Shown here piece after piece: positions 45,499 through 52,481 of a stretch of DNA of 64,000 bases (its first letter is position 1; each line of letters starts with the position of its first letter). This stretch comes from Gammaproteobacteria bacterium (GTDB taxonomy: Bacteria; Pseudomonadota; Gammaproteobacteria; DSM-16500): contig JANRLY010000040.1 in assembly GCA_033762075.1 (NCBI GenBank), forward strand, positions 17,372 to 81,371, written 5' to 3'. The notes under the pieces were generated by a model. The model made no database searches. It was not told the origin of the DNA and was given only the letters and a program-made list of their open reading frames with translations. The position numbers and the translations under genes are program-made.

Positions 45499-46775
45499 TG
45501 TGTTACTCCTTCTAAGTAAAGTAGGGCTGCTCGTGCTTTAGCGTGTTCAACTTCGATCTGAATTTGCTCCAGACGAACTGTTAAATTATTGCTATAAGCC
45601 CGTAGCACGGTGGAAAAATCTGTCGTTGAATTTTTATAAGCGAGCAATGCAGCTTTAGAATTTTGAGTTGCTTCTGGGCGTAAATGTTGACGATATACAC
45701 TTTCGCGTTTAGATAGGCTTTGCCAGATAGCATATTGGGCAGTTAATTCCTTTAATAAGTCTTTGTAATGAACATCTCGATCAAACATGGTCGCTTCTAA
45801 TTGATGTGCACTTGCACTTAATCGTTTATCTTGGCGGTTGCCTGTGAAGAAGGGTAAATCAACGGTTACTTGCGCGCCGACAAAATTAGAACGTGTCTTG
45901 CCGGAACCATCCATATAAGTGCCTTGCCGTATGCCATAACCCACATCAACTGTCCAACCAGGTTTATATTGCTCTTTCGCAAAAGCTACTTCATCATAAG
46001 CCGCTTCAATATTTGCTGTATCAACTTTTAACATAGGATGCTGCATTAATCGAGATTGTAAAATGTCGAATGGCGGTGGGTTTGACCAGTGAGGTAATGA
46101 ATTAACTAAAGGACGATTTGCTTCATCAGCACCAATCCAGCGACCTAACTGTGCTTGCAATACATCTATCCTTTGTTCAGCTTGAACACTTTGGTCATTG
46201 AGCCGTGAAAGCTCGAGACGTAATTGTAATACATCGGATTGACTACTTCTGCCAGCGCTATATTCTGATTCGTTTGTTTTTAGTAACTGCTTATATAAGG
46301 AGCGGTTTTCCCTGAGAATGGTGGCTGCTTGATTCCAATAATAAAGGTCAAGCCATGTCTCCCTTACATTTCGTAACAACATAGCAGCCTGTTCTTGAAT
46401 CTTTTGTTGTTCAGCTTTGGCTAAGGCGCTTGTTTTTTTGGATTTCATGGCAAGAGAATGACCTGGCGCAAACGTTTGCTGTAGACCAACTTGTACCATT
46501 GTCATATCATCTTGAGTGAAGCTATATGAATTTGTGGGGACATTAGCGGCTCCAGCTATTAACTGCGGATCAGCCCATTGCCCATCAGCAACAGCTTGTT
46601 CTCTTAGGGAATCAGCATTAGCTTGGAGTTGTTTCAATTCTGGCGCACTGGCAATTGCTATATGCTCAGCTTCTGATAGGTTTAGTTGTTGTCTAGATGA
46701 GATAGCAAAACTAGTAGACGAAGAGGCGAGGATGGCTAATAGTATAATCCTCTGTAAAGCATTCGCCCTCGTCAT
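45495..46775 (-). CDS. cusC: TolC-family outer-membrane factor (CusC-like)
   Basis: The 426-aa product has a signal peptide and OMF repeat architecture. It is the first gene of the cus unit. Confidence 0.8.
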   Translation of the reverse strand: MTRANALQRIILLAILASSSTSFAISSRQQLNLSEAEHIAIASAPELKQLQANADSLREQAVADGQWADPQLIAGAANVPTNSYSFTQDDMTMVQVGLQQTFAPGHSLAMKSKKTSALAKAEQQKIQEQAAMLLRNVRETWLDLYYWNQAATILRENRSLYKQLLKTNESEYSAGRSSQSDVLQLRLELSRLNDQSVQAEQRIDVLQAQLGRWIGADEANRPLVNSLPHWSNPPPFDILQSRLMQHPMLKVDTANIEAAYDEVAFAKEQYKPGWTVDVGYGIRQGTYMDGSGKTRSNFVGAQVTVDLPFFTGNRQDKRLSASAHQLEATMFDRDVHYKDLLKELTAQYAIWQSLSKRESVYRQHLRPEATQNSKAALLAYKNSTTDFSTVLRAYSNNLTVRLEQIQIEVEHAKARAALLYLEGVTQ

Positions 46776-46926
46776 TCTTGAGTACCTCCCTGTTCAATGA
46801 ATAGTCCATGAAAGCCTAAATCGCAAGTCGGCCACGATATAGTTTATAACATTCCTATTGAAACAAAGAACTAAATTATCATCAAGTTAAGAAAAAAAAC
46901 CTCTATTGCTTAAATTAAGTTCAATC

Positions 46927-46950
46927 AAAGGGCGAAATGCGGGCGAATTT
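46927..46950 (+). promoter_or_regulatory. Candidate integrase arm-type binding site (tandem GGGCGAA), partner of 204-227
   Basis: AAAGGGCGAAATGCGGGCGAATTT lies in a non-coding tract about 120 nt inside attR. Confidence 0.45.
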
Positions 46951-46965
46951 AACGACAATCTTAGC

Positions 46966-46999
46966 CAATAAAAGACAATCTACCTTGTTAGGTAGATTG
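46966..46999 (-). terminator. Rho-independent terminator serving ssrA, supplied by the inserted element
   Basis: On the minus strand the hairpin is CAATCTACC-taacaa-GGTAGATTG followed by TCTTTTATT. It lies about 75 nt downstream of the tmRNA 3' end. Confidence 0.55.
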
Positions 47000-47069
47000 C
47001 TTAAAGTTGGTGTAAGTGTTTGATAATTTAAGGTCTTTCGTGGTCTTTGATGGTGTTTCGTTTTTATTC

Positions 47070-47102
47070 ATTTGGTGGAGGCGGCGGGAATTGAACCCGC
47101 GT
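47070..47102. repeat. attR: 33-bp repeat forming the actual 3' end of ssrA
   Basis: It is identical to 118-150 and covers the CCA end, the acceptor 3' strand and half of the T-arm of the tmRNA. Confidence 0.85.
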
Positions 47103-47481
47103 CCGCAAGCCCTCGACCTTTGGGAACTACATGTGTAGCCATGTCTTTTTTATTTAGCTCTCCAATGCCTGACTGGCACGTCATTTGGATCGCGATCCCT
47201 CAAACTTTAGCAGCTCGTCTCGGGCAGATTTCGCTGCGAGCTTGTATAATATGACTCCCCATGCCTAACTTACGTTAGACCCCACTGTACAAGCACGGTG
47301 GGTGGGAAGCTCACGGCTGGTTTTTAAGCAGCAGCTGCAAATACTTCGTTAGAAGCATCTGCAAAATGAGTATCGTTAACTGCGTTTGCAATTAAGGTTT
47401 TGTAACGTATTTTACGAGGTGAGTTACGTCCTCGACATGCCCCTCTAGTTCCGCGACCCCCGTCGAAGCCAAGTCGCCCCC
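47073..47481 (-). ncRNA. ssrA: tmRNA (ssrA)
   Basis: On the minus strand the 5' end GGGGGCG pairs with CGCCTCC-ACCA at the 3' end, including the G3:U pair. The T-arm is GCGGG-TTCAATT-CCCGC. The CCTCGTAAAA...GCAAAC region aligns with the E. coli PK1/resume region. The tag reading frame is GCA AAC ... GCT GCT GCT TAA. Confidence 0.9.
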
Positions 47482-47552
47482 AAAGATAAGTATAATGCAA
47501 TCTACACGAAAGACGGGATTCTAACTCAAATCTTCTATAGAAAACAATCAGT

Positions 47553-49082
47553 TCAACGATTAGCCGTTTCTTGTAACATTGCCTTTAACGCCGCATTCAC
47601 CCGATGATTGTCTGGATTTGAGGCTTCCTCTTTTAACATTTGATAATGTTTCGCCAAATCAGAATTCGGGTCACCCGCATCAATAATCATATTCCCCATC
47701 AACTTGTAAATCTCAGGATTTTTTTCCCAAGTGCTCGTACCGTGACAAAAGAGAGAATCTCCATATAATGCTTTTAATTTTTCTAATCCGGCTTCATCTG
47801 ATCCATGCATGAAATCCAAATTATATTTACTGGTAATGGGATCAGCATCTATTCCGCGAGGACAACGGAATAAAACTTTTCCGTTTAACACCAGCGTATT
47901 AAAACTATTAGGACCCTCGTAAATAGTCGGTAAAACATTTTCATTACTATATCCATATAATCCATCAAACACATATTTAGGTAATGGACCCAGCCATAAA
48001 ATTAAAATATGATCTGGCTGTAAATTTTGAATACGTTCGGAGGCGCCAGGATCTGCAATACTGATCGCTTCGACTTTGCCGATCATACCTAATTCATGGA
48101 TAGCATTTCGCATAATGACCGCAGCTTTATTTTCATCTTTATCCCAATGATCCGCATGCAATAAATGCAAAATACGTGCAGCTTCTTCATGGTAATCATA
48201 AAACACTGTCACAATCAGTGGCTTTTTAAAATTCGCTGGACCATTTAACTGTGCATAGCGTGCACTCGTTAATATTTGAAAAATATTATCTATTCCTTTA
48301 ATAGTAAATCCATACACCGGCATGACATTGAATTTTTTTTGCAATAATCCTTCAATGTATGCATTGAGCGCTGGCTTTTCTCGTAAGATTTTTTTGCCCT
48401 CAGCATCTTGATGTAAAAAATAATTCACATCATTGAGCGAAGCAGGTGGAGTGGGAAAATATTTTTCTGTCGTATTTTTAAGCTCATTGGATGGTTTACC
48501 CTCGGGATCATTATCGTTAAAATATTCATCGCTGGATGGCGCATAATAAAATGCCGGTATCCTCAGAAAAGTTTTGACATTTAATAAATTCGCCCTATTT
48601 TGATAACAGTAAACAGAAACTTGATCTGTACTGTCCTCTACATCGCCAACCATCTTAAAGCCATCGGCCGTAAATTCAAGTTCACAAGGAAAACGATCCC
48701 CTGCACCCGTGAACGCAAATGGAAGCTGCGGCAAAGTATTCGATTTTTTCCGTTTGAGAAATTCTTTTAATTTTATAAAATGCGTGTTGCTCTTTGCATC
48801 AAAATAATCATCTGGTAGTGCGAGGGGCAAACCAAATAAAATTTTAATTCTATCCGCGGTTTGATTTCTATAAATGACTTCAAATGTGCCTTTAAAACCT
48901 AGCTCACGGAAGAGCGCCATGATCGACATGCTCGTTGCCTGATTACCAAAACCAGGCGTATTGTCCATGGCAACACGTATGGTTTTTTGCGACTGGAGAA
49001 AGTGCTCGATGCTCTCTGGTGTTTCGGCCGCAACATTGAAAGAAAGAAGTCCGAGCAAAAGGAGGGTAAATAATTTTTTCAT
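47553..49082 (-). CDS. Uncharacterised secreted protein (509 aa from the ATG at 49082)
   Basis: It has a clear signal peptide, MKKLFTLLLLGLLSFNVAAE. No family was recognised. It lies between smpB and ssrA. Confidence 0.6.
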   Translation of the reverse strand: MKKLFTLLLLGLLSFNVAAETPESIEHFLQSQKTIRVAMDNTPGFGNQATSMSIMALFRELGFKGTFEVIYRNQTADRIKILFGLPLALPDDYFDAKSNTHFIKLKEFLKRKKSNTLPQLPFAFTGAGDRFPCELEFTADGFKMVGDVEDSTDQVSVYCYQNRANLLNVKTFLRIPAFYYAPSSDEYFNDNDPEGKPSNELKNTTEKYFPTPPASLNDVNYFLHQDAEGKKILREKPALNAYIEGLLQKKFNVMPVYGFTIKGIDNIFQILTSARYAQLNGPANFKKPLIVTVFYDYHEEAARILHLLHADHWDKDENKAAVIMRNAIHELGMIGKVEAISIADPGASERIQNLQPDHILILWLGPLPKYVFDGLYGYSNENVLPTIYEGPNSFNTLVLNGKVLFRCPRGIDADPITSKYNLDFMHGSDEAGLEKLKALYGDSLFCHGTSTWEKNPEIYKLMGNMIIDAGDPNSDLAKHYQMLKEEASNPDNHRVNAALKAMLQETANR

Positions 49083-49147
49083 AGCAGCGTCCACATTATT
49101 CTTTAGGGCGCATATTATACAAAGTTGTTTAAATAATATCTAATCAA

Positions 49148-49615
49148 CTATAAGTTTTTAGTTATTCTCTGTTTTTGTCTCTGCCAATCCCTTTCTTTTT
49201 CCGTCGCTCGTTTATCGTGCGCTTTTTTCCCTTTAGCTAGCCCAATTTGTAACTTGACTCGATTATTTTTCCAATACAACGATAAAGGAACTAATGTGTA
49301 CCCTTTACGTTCAATGTTGCCAATTAAACGATTCAACTCTATCTTATGCATCAATAACTTACGTGAGCGGGTCGGATCTGTCTCTTTATGCGTCGAGGCT
49401 GTTATAAGTGGCGTAATTTGTGCGCCAAAAAGCCAAGCTTCGCCATTCTTAATCAAGACATAACTTTGATCCAATTGAATGCGACCCGCTCTGAGGCTTT
49501 TCACTTCCCATCCTTCGAGCGCTAACCCTGCCTCAAATCGCTCTTCAATTGAGTAATCATGAGACGCTCGGCGATTTTGGGCGATTGAATTGTCTGTTCG
49601 CGTTTTTTTATTCAT
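49148..49615 (-). CDS. smpB: SsrA-binding protein SmpB
   Basis: It contains [31 protein letters not shown]...[18 protein letters not shown] and a basic C-terminal tail. The start is taken at MNKKTR. Confidence 0.9.
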   Translation of the reverse strand: MNKKTRTDNSIAQNRRASHDYSIEERFEAGLALEGWEVKSLRAGRIQLDQSYVLIKNGEAWLFGAQITPLITASTHKETDPTRSRKLLMHKIELNRLIGNIERKGYTLVPLSLYWKNNRVKLQIGLAKGKKAHDKRATEKERDWQRQKQRITKNL

Positions 49616-49697
49616 AGTCGCGCAGTATAAATCTTCGCCTGAACGATTGACAACAAATTGTGTATAATCCCTTTCTTTTCTAGGGAACATCGAATCA

Positions 49698-50147
49698 ATG
49701 ACGACGGTCATTCAACGCAGCGCTTTAGTTGCATATCCAGCTCGGCAAATGTTTGAGCTCGTCAATGCAATCGAAGAATATCCACGCTTTTTGCCGTGGT
49801 GCCGCTCTACAAAAATCAATGCAACATCGGAGCACGCGATCGAAGCCTCAATAGAAATTGCCTGGTCTGGCATTCACAAAAGTTTTTCGACACGCAATAC
49901 ATTAACGCCATATGAAAAAATTCATATGCAATTACTGAGTGGACCCTTTCGTCGTTTAGAGGGAACTTGGACGTTTATCCCCGTTGATGAGCACGGCTGT
50001 CGCGTGTCGCTAGATTTAGAATTTGAATTATCAGGTCATTGGATGAGTAAATTATTTCAACCTGTTTTTCATCGCATCGCAGATTCACTTGTCGATGCTT
50101 TTTGCAAACGGGCCGTCGAAGTGTACGGTATTCAAGGCAACCCATGA
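49698..50147 (+). CDS. ratA: SRPBCC-family protein RatA/YfjG-like (ribosome association toxin / CoQ-binding family)
   Basis: It contains [23 protein letters not shown] and lies divergent from smpB, as in many gammaproteobacteria. Confidence 0.75.
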   Translation: MTTVIQRSALVAYPARQMFELVNAIEEYPRFLPWCRSTKINATSEHAIEASIEIAWSGIHKSFSTRNTLTPYEKIHMQLLSGPFRRLEGTWTFIPVDEHGCRVSLDLEFELSGHWMSKLFQPVFHRIADSLVDAFCKRAVEVYGIQGNP

Positions 50148-50458
50148 TTCACATTGAAATCGCCTACGCAGATCAAGATCATCAAGAACTTTTATCGTTA
50201 CAAGTTCCACAAGGTGCGACAGTTGAAACAGCAATCGAACGTTCCGGCATCCTTGAACAATTTCCCGCGATTGATTTAATGCGTCATAAAGTGGGAATTT
50301 TTAGCAAAGTTGTTTCGCTGAACACGTTACTGCAGGAAGGCGACAGAATTGAAATTTATCGCCCTCTACAAATTGATCCAAAAGAAGCGCGTCGCAGACG
50401 TGCGATTACCGCACAGCAGGCAAACCAGGTAAAGCAAGGTTCCCGTCAATCCTCTTAA
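50144..50458 (+). CDS. rnfH: RnfH family ubiquitin-like protein (YfjF-like)
   Basis: It reads MIHIEIAYA...LQVPQGATVETAIERSGIL...GDRIEIYRPL..DPKEARRRRA. The start overlaps the ratA stop as ATGA. Confidence 0.75.
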   Translation: MIHIEIAYADQDHQELLSLQVPQGATVETAIERSGILEQFPAIDLMRHKVGIFSKVVSLNTLLQEGDRIEIYRPLQIDPKEARRRRAITAQQANQVKQGSRQSS

Positions 50459-50732
50459 GACGTTCCTTTTCAAAAGCTAACGAAATATATTTCACAGTGG
50501 TTGAACCGCGCCCTGGATGAAACGTATAAACATAATCTAACTGATTTTTATTAAAACCATGTTTGAGAATAGGGGTGCCTAAAACTTCTTTCACTTGCTC
50601 AGCAGACATGCCTGCATGAATCTGCTTAAGTGTGTCCTTCGTGATGACATTGCCTTGTTCGACATCCGTTTTGTGTACACAGCCAGAGAGTGCAAGTGAG
50701 AATATCAGGATTTTAATGCCTCTTTGTATCAT
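50406..50732 (-). CDS. bamE: Outer-membrane assembly lipoprotein BamE (SmpA/OmlA)
   Basis: It has the lipobox LALSGC and the sequence DVEQGNVITKDTLKQIHAGMSAEQVKEVLGTP. Confidence 0.8.
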   Translation of the reverse strand: MIQRGIKILIFSLALSGCVHKTDVEQGNVITKDTLKQIHAGMSAEQVKEVLGTPILKHGFNKNQLDYVYTFHPGRGSTTVKYISLAFEKERLKRIDGNLALPGLPAVR

Positions 50733-50842
50733 TGGATTACCTGTTAAATCTGAAAATAGCCGGTTATGATACCTGATTTTGACGGTTTTAGGCACATTTT
50801 CTGGTAGAATCGACCAGCAGACAGTTTATTTTAGGAGCTCAT

Positions 50843-51250
50843 TTGGACAACGCTCATCTCAAAAAAGCAGGCCTTAAAGTCACTTTACCACGCGTTCGGG
50901 TCTTGCAAATCCTTGAAAGTACGCCAGATCATCATCTTAGCGCTGAGGATGTTTATCGCGTTTTAGTGGAGGCGGGAGAAGAAATCGGTTTGGCAACTAT
51001 TTACCGTGTCTTGACCCAATTCGAAGAAGCAGGCTTGGTTGTGCGCCATCATTTCGAGGGCGGGCATTCTGTTTTTGAATTGGATCATGGTATGCACCAT
51101 GATCATTTAGTTTGTGTAAAATGTAATAAGGTCGAAGAATTTGTCGACGAAGTCATTGAGGCTCGTCAACGCCATGTTGCAGAACAAGCGGGTTATAAAA
51201 TGACAGACCATAGTTTGAATATTTACGGCTTCTGTAAAAACTGTCGTTGA
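50843..51250 (+). CDS. fur: Ferric uptake regulator Fur
   Basis: It contains LKKAGLKVTLPRVRVLQILE...HLSAEDVYR...GLATIYRVLTQFEEAGLV.RHHFEGGHSVFEL...HHDHLVC..C and has a TTG start. Confidence 0.9.
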   Translation: MDNAHLKKAGLKVTLPRVRVLQILESTPDHHLSAEDVYRVLVEAGEEIGLATIYRVLTQFEEAGLVVRHHFEGGHSVFELDHGMHHDHLVCVKCNKVEEFVDEVIEARQRHVAEQAGYKMTDHSLNIYGFCKNCR

Positions 51251-51275
51251 AGGATCATGCAAAGGAGTGTAATGA

Positions 51276-52481
51276 ATGGATCAAACAATTCATGTCCGCG
51301 AAGAATCTCGCAAAGTCTTATCCTCTCTTTTAAAACATGTTTACATGCAAGGCCATCTTGCAATAGCAACATCATTGTTTTGCGCAGTGATTGTTTTTGC
51401 GGGCCTTTTCCATTTTCATCATAGTAATATTCCCTTATACCTGTGGTCCCTTATTTATTTGATCATTGCAGCATTTAGAATGATGATATTTAGTTCGTAT
51501 AAAATAAATCATCAGATGTTCAAATTAAAAACCTGGTATTACTTATATATTCTTGGGTCTTTTCTGGGCGGCCTCTCATGGGGCATTGTGGGAATGTTTC
51601 TTTTTTCAGATGCGACGACGGTGCAGCAAACGTTGATTATTTTAATGATAGCGGGCGTGACTGCAGGTGCTGTACCCTTATCTGCTGCTATTCCATCTGC
51701 GGCTATTTTATTTTTATTAGCTGCTATTGTGCCGATGATATATACGATTGCTCAAGTCGACAATAGGGCTTACTTTTTATTTGATATCGCAGTGCCAATT
51801 TATTTAGGCTATAACATCATTCTTGTCACGAGGACACATCAGCTCATTAAAAATTCAATTCTATTAAAATTTGAAAATGATACCTTGCTAAATAATCTTG
51901 AAATCAGTAATAAAAAATTATCACGCGCGGCGACGCATGATCCTTTAACTCATGTGGCTAATCGCAGATTATTTGAAAAAACACTCATAAAATCGATTCG
52001 AGATGCTCGTATACAACAAGCAAAATTGACATTATTTTATATCGATTTAGATAATTTTAAATTCATTAATGATCACTACGGCCATCATGCGGGTGATCAT
52101 GTCTTGTTAGTTGTGATAGGGCGTCTGAAAAACTTTTTTCGTAAAAATGATGTCATTGCACGTATTGGAGGAGATGAGCTTGCAGTGATTATTGGTAGTG
52201 CAAATGAAACTAACGAAATTAAATCTATCGCAGGCAGAATTTGTCAGCTGATTGGGATGCCAATTGAATTTAACCAAGTCAAATTAACAGTGACGTCAAG
52301 TATAGGTATTGCCATTTATCCAAATGATGGTGAGGATGAGAATGTATTACTGAATGCTGCAGATAGGCGTATGTATATCGCCAAAGAACAAGGAGGAAAT
52401 AGTTTTTATTACGAAGAAACTACACCGCCACCCATGTCTCCCAAGCAGGCACCATTGGAAAATAGAGACCACAATGAATAG
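51276..52481 (+). CDS. Membrane-anchored diguanylate cyclase (GGDEF domain, GGDEL variant)
   Basis: There are about six N-terminal TM segments followed by ATHDPLTHVANRR...FYIDLDNFKFINDHYGHHAGD...RIGGDELAVI. Confidence 0.8.
   Translation: MDQTIHVREESRKVLSSLLKHVYMQGHLAIATSLFCAVIVFAGLFHFHHSNIPLYLWSLIYLIIAAFRMMIFSSYKINHQMFKLKTWYYLYILGSFLGGLSWGIVGMFLFSDATTVQQTLIILMIAGVTAGAVPLSAAIPSAAILFLLAAIVPMIYTIAQVDNRAYFLFDIAVPIYLGYNIILVTRTHQLIKNSILLKFENDTLLNNLEISNKKLSRAATHDPLTHVANRRLFEKTLIKSIRDARIQQAKLTLFYIDLDNFKFINDHYGHHAGDHVLLVVIGRLKNFFRKNDVIARIGGDELAVIIGSANETNEIKSIAGRICQLIGMPIEFNQVKLTVTSSIGIAIYPNDGEDENVLLNAADRRMYIAKEQGGNSFYYEETTPPPMSPKQAPLENRDHNE

Larger units (their letters stand above)
118..47102. mobile_element. 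Composite integrative element (prophage plus metal-efflux block) inserted in the 3' end of ssrA
   Basis: A perfect 33-bp direct repeat at 118-150 and 47070-47102 equals the ssrA 3' end. A tyrosine integrase and Xis sit just inside the left repeat. Phage structural genes and metal-efflux genes fill the interval. Confidence 0.8.

Noticed and set aside
52171-52185. A GGDEL sequence instead of GGDEF/GGEEF in the diguanylate cyclase, considered as evidence of a degenerate, inactive domain.
   Set aside because: The catalytic GGDE residues and the upstream D-x-D-x-F-K and RxxD-region context look intact. The last position of the motif is variable in active enzymes. There is no basis to call it inactive.
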